From NCBI GenBank assembly GCA_048128005.1, contig JBEUKZ010000018.1, forward strand, positions 62,001 to 126,000: a DNA stretch of 64,000 nt, in the 5' to 3' direction. A model generated the notes under the pieces. It was not told the origin of the DNA. It searched no databases and saw nothing but the letters and a program-made list of their open reading frames with translations. Below, one piece after another: positions 23,992 to 34,900 of this stretch; the stretch's first letter is position 1, and each line of letters opens with the position of its first letter. This stretch comes from Veleropilina oligotropha (lineage: Eukaryota). Both the position numbers and the translations under genes were made by a program.

Positions 23992-25899
23992 TTATGTCTC
24001 CCCATCGAAGGATGGGAGAGACATATTGTTTTACACTCCTTTCTCTTTCTCCTCCTCCTTCTTCGTCACTTTTCTTGCCCAGGCTAGATCTCGGTCCTAT
24101 ATGTGCCAGCATTATTTCCTTTGGTAAATTAAACCATCCAAGCATGCCATTGTGCGTTTTGGCAAAATTTCACGAAAACGACTTTCGACCTTGACATAAT
24201 GATCTCTGACCCTGAAATGTTGTCTGGCCTGGTTCTCGGATACTTCAAATCTTATCCTTCTAATTTCTTTGTAGATGCATGGCCCACACCCCAAGCATGT
24301 GCAGGGCGCTAAAATTTTGCACCTTTGACCTTGGCGTTGTGACCTTGATAAACAATTTCCATATTTGGGCATTTTTATATTTTGTTTTCTTAAATTTTTT
24401 CGCCAAATGTATTCCTCAGGGTGAGTACATTATATAACATTAACAATGTTCAATTTTGTTGTTTGATTATTCGTAAGGGTGAGTACATTATATAACAATG
24501 TTCAATTTTGTTGTTCGGTTAAAGGTCAACGTCACAGATGTCAAAATGTACTTTCTCTAAAACACACTTGTCCGGGCTAAATCTCAGGTATACATGCCAG
24601 CCTGATTTCCTTTGGTATGTTAAACCGCCCTATCATGCCTTTGTGCTTTTTGGCAAAAGTTCGCGAAAATGACTTTTGAACTTGATGTAATGACCTTTGA
24701 CCCCTGAAATCGTGTCCAGCCTGGTTCTCGGTGATGTCAAATCTTATCCTTATAATTTCTTTGTAGATGCTTGGCCCACACTTCAAGCATGTGCAAGGTG
24801 CTAAAATTTTGTACTTTTTACCTTGATAACAATTTCCATATTTGGGCATTTTTATATTTTGTTTTCTTAATTTTTTTCACCAAATTTATTCCTGAGGGTG
24901 AGTACATTATAAAACAATGTTCAATTTTGTTATTCGGTCAAAGGTCAAAGTCACAGAGGTCAAAATGTAGTTTCTCTAATACACACATACCTTATCCGGG
25001 CTACATCTCAGGTCCTATACAGGCCAGCATGATTTCCTTTGGTATGTTAAACCGCCCTATCTTGGCATTGTGCTTTTTGGCAAAAAAATTTGGAAACGAA
25101 CTTCGACCTTGACACCCCGAAATCGTGTCCGGCCTGGTTGTCGGTGATGTCAAACCACATCCTTCTAAAAATTCTTTGAAGATGCATGGCCCACACTTAA
25201 GCATGTGCAGGGCGCTAAATTTTGCACTTTTGACCTTGGCACTGTGACCTTTATAAAAAAAATCCATATTTGGGCATTTTTATATTTTGTTTTCTTAATT
25301 ATTTTTCCCCTGTGGGTGAGTACATTATATAACAATGTTCCGTTTTGTTGTTCGGTCAAAGGTCAAGGTCACAGAGGTCAAAATGTACTTTCCTGATTCA
25401 ATATTTGGGCATTTTTATATTTTATTGTTTCCTTAACTATTTTTTGCCTAATTTCTCCATGAGGGTGAGTACATTATATAACAATGTTCAATTTTGTTGG
25501 TCCGTCAAAGGTCAAGGTTAAAATGTACTTTCCTGATACACACTTTGTCCGGGCTAGATCTCGGGTCATTTACATGCCAGCATGATTTCCTGTGATATGC
25601 TATCTTCCCTTAACGTGCCATTGTGCAAGGAGGCGTAATTTTCCAAAAATGACCTCTGACCTTGCCATAATGACCTTTGACCTACTAAAATTCTTGTCAT
25701 CTTCATAGGTTCCCATGCCTTGAACGTGAAGGGTGTAAAAATATTCAGGACATTTGCATAAATCCATCCATTTCGTGAAATATATTTACACTCTTCCAGT
25801 TCGTGACTTTCCAAACTTCATGAGGGTCTCAATATGGAGTGATTTCTCTTACATGGGGAGACATATGTTTTTGTTCACACAAAAACAACTCCTCTAGTT
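23992..25899 (+). mobile_element. HINE/Helentron-like non-autonomous element with long internal tandem repeats
   Basis: 5' hairpin atgtctccccatc...gatgggagagacat; matching subterminal atggggagacat (25853-25864); 3' hairpin gtttttgt-tcac-acaaaaac then ctagtt; 3-4 internal ~450-bp repeats. Confidence 0.8.
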
Positions 25900-26210
25900 A
25901 AATTTGTAGTACCATTACATCAAAAATTCAAATGGTTGCCTTGACTCACCTAGTGGCGGAGTCAATATAATGTGGCTCTAAGTTCACTTGATTGACTGCC
26001 CTGCTTCACAGGAGTGATCTCGAAGCCTCTGTCCGGAGTTATTATCAGTCACAGTAGTTCCATGATTGGCCTGTGCGAATGCGATTGGACCGAGCTTTCG
26101 TCAGGCAATAATATAGACATGTCCTGGTATAATCACAAATGGTGTTAAATGGGAGATAATCAGATTAATTATCGGTTCAAACCAAACGAGTGTCACTTCT
26201 GCTGTTGCAG

Positions 26211-26382
26211 GCGGGCTGTAGGAGGCAAGTAGACGAGGCGCTGCGGGGGACGCCGATGCAGCACGTCGACCAGCTCCAGCTTGTGCTCTGCACCAACAAC
26301 TACTACGAGATGCGGCGGTTGACGCACGAGTACTCGCCGGTAGCCATCAAGCCATCCCTCCAGGACCTCTTCATGGAACAAC
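26211..26382 (+). CDS. C16orf89: C16orf89 homolog exon C
   Basis: ttgcag| AGCRRQV...LQDLFMEQ c|gtaagt; DLFMEQ is a family motif; 172 nt, phase 0 to 1. Confidence 0.92.
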
Positions 26383-27112
26383 GTAAGTACTAGTACTGGC
26401 CGGGAGCCATCAAGCCATCCCTCCAGGATGTCTTGATGGAACAGCGCAAGTATGGGTACTCACCGGGAGCCATCAAACTGTCTCTCCAGGACCTCTTCAT
26501 GGAACAACGTAAGTACTAGTACTCGCCGGGAGCCATCAAGCCATCCCTTCAGGACCTCGTCATGGAACAACGTAAGTATTGATACTTGCTGGGCCGTATC
26601 CAGCCGTTCCTCCAGGACCTCTTCATGGCACAACGTGAGTATTGATACTTGCTGGGCCATATCCGGCCGTCCCTCCACGACCTCTTCATGGAATAACGTA
26701 AGTACTAGTACTCGCCAGGAGCCATCAAGCCATCCCTCCAGGATGTCTTTATGGAACAGCGCAAGTATGGGTACTCACCGCGAGCCATCAAACTGTCTCT
26801 CCAGGACCTCTTTATGGAACAGCGCAAGTACTAGTACTCAGCAGGAGCCATCGAGCTATCTCTCCAGGACCTCTTTATGGAACAGCGCAAGTATGCGTAC
26901 TCACCGGGAGCCATCAAACTGTCTCTCCAGGACCTAGTACTCACCGGGAGCCATCAAACTCTCTCCAGTACCGCTTTATCGAACAGCGCAAGTATGGGTA
27001 CCCACCGGGAGCCATCAAACCGTCTCTCCAGGATCTCTTTATGGAACAGCGCAAGTACTAATACTCACTGGGAGCCATCAAGGTGGCGATGTATGACCTC
27101 TTTGAGGAGTAC
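26329..27112 (+). repeat. 63-bp tandem array made of the exon C 3' end plus splice donor, ~12 copies
   Basis: First unit lies within the exon; period 63 (26331 to 26394); copies end in acgtaagt, acgtgagt or gcgcaagt. Confidence 0.95.
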
Positions 27113-27278
27113 GCGTGGGTAACATTAAGCCAGATCTCCAGCTTAAGTTGCCCATAGATTCTTGAAGCGAATTTGGCGGATGAGCGGGTAGCACACCAAC
27201 TAAAGCTGTTGGGTGGTCCCGTGAATTCTACATGACTCATTCTAGATGGCTTAAAATAATAGATGGTTTACGCCGGCA

Positions 27279-27676
27279 TCCCGACTGCGATAAGACAGAA
27301 AAATTGTTGAAAGTGGTTATAAAATAAGTTACCAACCAAACATAGATTTCTATTAAAGACAATATATTATGAGATCGGAACGTTTTGTGCACTAATGCAA
27401 TAATGCATGCACTGGCAGGAGACGGATTCTCTATTGTTGCAGTGCATTATGGGTGCAGTGCATTATAGATGCAGTGCATTATGGGTGCAGTGCATTATAG
27501 ATGTTATTAATCTGATGATAATGGTATCTAATTGCTCTGATTAAACATCATTAGTCCTTTCGACACGCAAAACGTTCCAATCTCATAATATGCTGTCTTT
27601 ATTAGAAATGTATGTTTGGTTGGTAAATTTATTTATAAACACTTTCGACAATTTTTCAGTCTTATCGCAGTCGGGA
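27279..27676. repeat. Inverted repeat, ~112-bp arms with ~170-bp spacer
   Basis: tcccgactgcgataagacagaaaaattg...ggaacgttttg at 27279-27390 mirrored at 27564-27676 with scattered mismatches. Confidence 0.9.
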
Positions 27677-28002
27677 CAACAGGTTTAAGATCTCAGTAAC
27701 ATGCGATGTGACCTCGTACACACACATGGTAAAAGATATAGGTCAAACCGATTCTCAGACACCATTTGCCTAGTAGCATCGGTATATGTCTATAGTTTCC
27801 GTCAAGTCTGTGGCAGAACCTCTCATCTCGTTCACAGACTGTGTCCATAAACAACATCAAGATCTCTGTAAATACTAAGTGCTGTACATGGCCAACGACA
27901 GTAGACAAATATTCGTGAAATTGGGGGGCAATATTTCGAAGGGGCGCGATTATATGGAAAAAATACGGTATTTGAATTCCATGCCTTTGGTTTCTTTTTC
28001 AG

Positions 28003-28500
28003 AGTTTGTGTGTCCTAATGCCGGATTCTTTGAATTTCTCAATTTGGACTATCTCAAGCAACTTCTATCGTGGCAGAAGCCGTCTGGGTGTTACGGATTG
28101 ATGCCTGCTCCGATAAATGTGTCACATGACTCTGATTACGACTATCTGGAGGAGAACAACACGTATAGCGTTCCCGAGAAAATCAAACTGCTGCAAGAGC
28201 AAATCCAGAGGGCTATCTCAGAAAACAAAGACATGAAGAACAACATTAGCTTATTGAAATTATCAGACAATTCGAATGTGATAAAAATGAAGCAAGATAT
28301 TCTCGACAAAAACAGAAAACTAAGTGATTTAAATCATCCAAAGAAGATAGAATCCAATGGCAAAAAGATATATAATACGCACACACTAACAAAATTAGGA
28401 AATGAAAATGAGGCCAGATCTGATATAGCCGCAAACCAAAGGAGCCTGCTTGGTGTCGGGTATCGCTCGCGACGCATCCTTTCTGAGAAGACGCTGAACG
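28003..28500 (+). CDS. C16orf89: C16orf89 homolog exon D
   Basis: tttttcag| (Q)FVCPNAGFFEFLNLDYLKQLLSWQKPSGCYG...RSRRILSEKTLN g|gtgagt; LSWQ.P.GC(F/Y)G family motif; 498 nt, phase 1 to 1. Confidence 0.93.
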
Positions 28501-28577
28501 GTGAGTAATCTCAGTTCTTGGGTTGCTTAGATAATCAATCACCTACAACCCTATACAGTGGCATTAAGTGTATTTAA

Positions 28578-29415
28578 CTTATTACATACCAATTCCGCCT
28601 TTTGATGGTGTATTTATGTGCTCCGAGTCCCAAATCACGTCAAAAGGCGGGCTAAATTCACCCACGCTGAATCCCCAATCCCGTCAGAATGCAGACTGAC
28701 TTCGCGTGTTACAAAGTCGGTGATTTCCAACAATCTACAGCTCCCCATGCTGCTAGTGTTATCAGTTGACCAATAAAACGATGTCTTTTACAATATTGAA
28801 ATTTATAGTGATCGGAAATGATATGAAATTCAAATTTGGATTAACGCATTTTAAAAAATAAAATTTAATTATGTAACGTGGAACTTTTGCGATATTTTAA
28901 AATTGAAACACGGCCGATGGTAACTAGTGAATGAATGCATTTACTTTTTGTATTCGCAATAATATACACGTTTAATTGTTCAACTTCACTATTTTTCTTA
29001 TGATTTTAATATTCCTATTTAAACCTAATAAAGAAAATACAAGATAAATTGTTTTTATCAATAAAAAATTGTTGTAAACAATACTTACCAATTTACACCC
29101 ATAATAATAATAATTATTTGCACTTACAAACAGTAACAGTTAGTATGCACTGTTATTAGACAATTCCAAATAATAAACTTGATTGAAACATGAAAACAGT
29201 TAACTTAAATAAAATAGTCTTTATTCAGCTTGTACAGACACAGAAATGTTGATACATAATTTTATTCATACAATGCAACATAATCAAGGTTGATACATAT
29301 GAAGTACATCATGCACAAATTCAATAATTGACGTTATCTCATAAAAGCTCTGGGAAACAGCCTATAAAGATGTCACTAAGAGCGATGTCACGAAATGACA
29401 TTGGTACACAATGAG
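28578..29415. mobile_element. TTAA-flanked TIR element (piggyBac-like MITE), diverged
   Basis: ttaa|cttattacataccaa ... ttggtacacaatgag|ttaa, imperfect TIR. Confidence 0.5.
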
Positions 29416-29419
29416 TTAA

Positions 29420-29625
29420 TAGGTGAGTGTAGGAGGAGGAGCCCGAGTTCAAATCACCTGCATGGCACGCATTGTATAATTAACAGTCATTGAAGTCCGT
29501 AACTAGTTGGTGCAAGCAGGTCTTCTCCAGGCTTTAAATTTCCTCCAACGATAATATCGACGTCTTGATTTGAATGGTGTTAATCTGGGACGTTGATTCT
29601 AACCTAACGGTCCAAACCAAACTAC
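29420..29625 (+). mobile_element. SINE remnant
   Basis: B-box gagttcaaatc (29445), core-like tctccaggct...ttcctcc, tail ctgggacgtt...caaaccaaac. Confidence 0.5.
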
Positions 29626-29666
29626 GATGTCATTATATTGTATCTTGAGTTGTCTTCTCTTTGCAG

Positions 29667-30517
29667 GTGGTTGTTTGTCCCACAAGACGGCTGTGGCCGC
29701 GGGTGCTCTGAGCATGTATTTACGTTACCTAATCGACCCCGGTGAATTCCCATTGGGCGATCAATCGGACCTCGTGAGCCATCAACGACTCCTGCTGAGC
29801 AACGCGTACGATAATGCAGGAAATCTGCCGCACGCCAACGAAAAAGTCAAGAGGGAAAATCTCATTCCTGTTGAAAATAGCATTTTAGTGGATGAAAAAG
29901 AGGCAGCCATCAAAAACAAGGAGGAGGTACACGATGCGGATAAACGTGACGAAGTTATTTACAAAGAGGATGAGGATGCTGATGTTGAGGATGAGGAAGA
30001 CGTTGATGATGATGATGATGATGATGAAGATGATATCGATGAGGAAGATGATGAAGGAGAGGATATTGAGAAGGAGGACGAGGATGAGGACACAGTCTAC
30101 AAGGGGAATAACCACGTCGCCAACGGTGCCGAAAAGCGTGTGGTCCATTTTGGAGAGTCCAAAGGCCTGTTAAAACGCGACGAATCCGATGACAGGGAAA
30201 ATTACGAAGACAAAAATAAAGAAGTGGATGACAAGGCTAAGGTTCACGATGATACACCAGAGGACGATCGTGAATATACGTATTATGACGAGTCAGAACG
30301 CGAGCGGAAAATCGCACGGCGGCATGGCATAATCGAAAGGAGCCAGTTAGTGGCAAGTAGTAAAGATTCTAATTTCCTTCCGGTCCAAAGAGGGCCGTCG
30401 TCGAGGACTATTACGCTGTTGGTACTTGCCAGTATCCTAGCGTTGGGTTTATTTATGTACAGATTTATCAGGAAAAGGCGGATACAGATAAGATATAAAA
30501 CCTTTCTAAACATTTAA
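29667..30517 (+). CDS. C16orf89: C16orf89 homolog last coding exon, with acidic extension, TM helix and basic tail
   Basis: ttgcag| (G)GCLSHKTAVAAGALSMYLRY is the family C-terminal motif; open for 851 nt to TAA at 30515-30517. Confidence 0.92.
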
Positions 30518-30789
30518 TTTGATGGAACATGAATCTAATGTTGAAAGATTGATATGTATGTATGGTTAGAAGTGAAGAAATAATTTATTATTTTCATAGC
30601 GGACCGTAATCTTTCAAATATAGATTTTACAAACTGGCGTCTTCGCTCTCATTAACTGTAGCATATATCATTACGTCTAGATTCCCACTGCGAATAATAT
30701 AAATGTTAGTTTGCAAGCTTTAAATTTGTATTATGATGTTCGTGCAATGAATCTCCTTTAGTACATGTACGTACACATCTTTTAAATAA

Positions 30790-31081
30790 GGCTGCATAAA
30801 ATTAATGTTTAGATTCGCAGGCACCGCTTTCGATACACGTCAATCAATAATTTTGAAGTCTGTTGTGGAAGAGCAAGGGAAGGATTTTGCCAGTTATAAA
30901 ACAACAATGCTGCCATAAAAATTCTGAACGTGAAAAAATTGTCAGTTCAATCAGTTTATATAAAACATTAAGAAGCCACCCTCCTCCATTTTTTCAGGAA
31001 TGAAACTGACAAAAAGCCTCCTGCCCTCGTCTATTTTTTTCAAAAAGTGCCTGAGATTCTAAAAATTAATTTGATACAGCT
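30790..31081. mobile_element. MITE with ~35-bp imperfect TIR, TAA TSD (Zator-like)
   Basis: taa|ggctgcataaaattaatgtttagattcgcaggcac ... gtgcctgagattctaaaaattaatttgatacagct|taa. Confidence 0.7.
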
Positions 31082-31907
31082 TAAGTAGTGCAATATCAAT
31101 GGAGCGGTATATGTTTTATATATTGCCTCGTAACGATTGGTGCTGGCTTGAAAAGCATGTTATGTTGGTATTAATGATGTTTTTTGTCAACTATTATATT
31201 GACATATCAAATTTTATCTGTTTACCTGTTATGGAACGGTAGAAGCCTTTCCATAAATTTCTATACGAAAATACACGTCTCATAAGTATGCAAATGAGGG
31301 CGAGCATGACGGCCGATTATCGCATTTGGCGCCAAGTTGAATAGGCGGCGAATCACCCTCATTAACATAATGAATAATTCATACGCGTTGACTTGTCGAT
31401 TACTGACGTTTAACTATTTTTTATTGGCGTACTGGCGTGGCGCATGCTTTCGAGGCATGATGCGTCTGGGGCATGGCATTTTATGGCTGAAAGTACTGAC
31501 AAAAATCAGTTTAAAAACGTAAAGAAATGAGTTTAAAAACGTAATAAAATAAGTTTAAAAGTAAATAAAGTCATGTGATAAAGCAGATATCAAACTTTTA
31601 TCCATTTCATATGCGAATTATGAAACTCAGCAAACGTTTATCATCTGAATGAAATTATTTGCAATTTTGGGTCACTGATTTTGGTTTTGTGAGAAAATGT
31701 TTATAATATGTAACAGCAGAATTGATTATCAATTCATTTTAAGGAATTTATTAAAATATGCCAATTTTAAATCCACATGGTGGCAATATCAACTGTTAAC
31801 TTTCATATCGTGTAGATGCAATTATGCATATGTTATTTATAATTTGTAAACTTTAACAGCTTGCCTTAACAAATAGCATATTTTCATGCATCATGAATGT
31901 ACGTCCC

Positions 31908-34900
31908 AGGAAACACCAACAGTTATGGACAACTGCAACTGTAGGAAACACCAACAGTTATGGACACCTGCAACTGTAGGAAACACCAACAGTTATGGAC
32001 AACTGCAACTGTAGGAAACACCAACAGTTATGGACAACTGCAACTGGAGGAAACACCAACAGTTATGGACAACTGCAACTGTAGGAAACACCAACAGTTA
32101 TGAACAACTGCAACTGTAGGAAACACCAACAGTTATGGACACCTGCAACTGTAGGAAACACCAACAGTTATGAACAACTGCAACTGTAGGAAACACCAAC
32201 AGTTATGGACAACTGCAACTGTAGGAAACACCAACAGTTATGAACAACTGCAACTGTAGGAAACACCAACAGTTATGGACAACTGCAGCTGTAGGAAACA
32301 CCAACAGTTATGGACACCTGCAACTGTAGGAAACACCAACAGTTATGGACAACTGCAACTGTAGGAAACACCAACAGTTATGGACAACTACAACTGTAGG
32401 AAACACCAACAGTTATGGACAACTGCAACTGGAGGAAACACCAACAGTTATGAACAACTGCAACTGTAGGAAACACCAACAGTTATGGACACCTGCAACT
32501 GTAGGAAACACCAACAGTTATGGACAACTGCAGCTGTAGGAAACACCAACAGTTATGGACACCTGCAACTGTAGGAAACACCAACAGTTATGGACAACTG
32601 CAACTGTAGGAAACACCAACAGTTATGGACAACTACAACTGTAGGAAACACCAACAGTTATGGACAACTGCAACTGGAGGAAACACCAACAGTTATGAAC
32701 AACTGCAACTGTAGGAAACACCAACAGTTATGGACAACTGCAACTGTAGGAAACACCAACAGTTATGGACACCTGCAACTGTAGGAAACACCAACAGTTA
32801 TGGACAACTGCAACTGTAGGAAACACCAACAGTTATGGACAACTACAACTGTAGGAAACACCAACAGTTATGGACAACTGCAACTGTAGGAAACACCAAC
32901 AGTTATGGACAACTGCAACTGTAGGAAACACCAACAGTTATGGACAACTGCAACTGGAGGAAACACCAACAGTTATGAACAACTGCAACTGTAGGAAACA
33001 CCAACAGTTATGGACAACTGCAACTGTAGGAAACACCAACAGTTATGGACACCTGCAACTGTAGGAAACACCAACAGTTATGGACAACTGTAGGAAACAC
33101 CAACAGTTATGGACACCTGCAACTGTAGGAAACACCAACAGTTATGGACAACTGCAACTGTAGGAAACACCAACAGTTATGGACACCTGCAACTGTAGGA
33201 AACACCAACAGTTATGGACACCTGCAACTGTAGGAAACACCAACAGTTATGGACACCTGCAACTGTAGGAAACACCAACAGTTATGGACACCTGCAACTG
33301 TAGGAAACACCAACAGTTATGGACAACTGCAACTGGAGGAAACACCAACAGTTATGGACACCTGCAACTGGAGGAAACACCAACAGTTATGGACAACTGC
33401 AACTGTAGGAAACACCAACAGTTATGGACAACTGCAACTGTAGGAAACACCAACAGTTATGGACAACTGCAACTGGAGGAAACACCAACAGTTATGGACA
33501 CCTGCAACTGTAGGAAACACCAACAGTTATGGACAACTGCAACTGGAGGAAACACCAACAGTTATGGACAACTGCAACTGGAGGAAACACCAACAGTTAT
33601 GGACAACTGCAACTGTAGGAAACACCAACAGTTATGGACACCTGCAACTGTAGGAAACACCAACAGTTATGGACACCTGCAACTGTAGGAAACACCAACA
33701 GTTATGGACACCTGCAACTGTAGGAAACACCAACAGTTATGGACACCTGCAACTGTAGGAAACACCAACAGTTATGGACAACTGCAACTGGAGGAAACAC
33801 CAACAGTTATGGACAACTGCAACTGGAGGAAACACCAACAGTTATGGACAACTGCAACTGTAGGAAACACCAACAGTTATGGACACCTGCAACTGTAGGA
33901 AACACCAACAGTTATGGACAACTGCAACTGTAGGAAACACCAACAGTTATGGACACCTGCAACTGTAGGAAACACCAACAGTTATGGACAACTGCAACTG
34001 TAGGAAACACCAACAGTTATGGACACCTGCAACTGTAGGAAACACCAACAGTTATGGACAACTGCAACTGCAGGAAACACCAACAGTTATGGACACCTGC
34101 AACTGTAGGAAACACCAACAGTTATGAACAACTGCAACTGTAGGAAACACCAACAGTTATGGACACCTGCAACTGTAGGAAACACCAACAGTTATGGACA
34201 CCTGCAACTGTAGGAAACACCAACAGTTATGGACAACTGCAACTGGAGGAAACACCAACAGTTATGGACACCTGCAACTGTAGGAAACACCAACAGTTAT
34301 GGACACCTGCAACTGTAGGAAACACCAACAGTTATGGACACCTGCAACTGTAGGAAACACCAACAGTTATGGACAACTGCAACTGGAGGAAACACCAACA
34401 GTTATGGACACCTGCAACTGTAGGAAACACCAACAGTTATGGACACCTGCAACTGTAGGAAACACCAACAGTTATGGACACCTGCAACTGTAGGAAACAC
34501 CAACAGTTATGGACAACTGCAGCTGTAGGAAACACCAACAGTTATGGACACCTGCAACTGTAGGAAACACCAACAGTTATGAACAACTGCAACTGTAGGA
34601 AACACCAACAGTTATGGACAACTACAACTGTAGGAAACACCAACAGTTATGGGCAACTGTAGGAAACACCAACAGTTATGGACAACTGCAACTGTAGGAA
34701 ACACCAACAGTTATGGACAACTGCAGCTGTAGGAAACACCAACAGTTATGGACACCTGCAACTGTAGGAAACACCAACAGTTATGGACAACTGCAACTGT
34801 AGGAAACACCAACAGTTATGGACAACTGCAACTGTAGGAAACACCAACAGTTATGGACACCTGCAACTGTAGGAAACACCAACAGTTATGGACACCTGCA

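Noticed and set aside
29885..30173. Alternative-frame and antisense ORFs over the acidic tract (poly-M, poly-I)
   Set aside because: Shadows of the GAT/GAG-rich coding frame.
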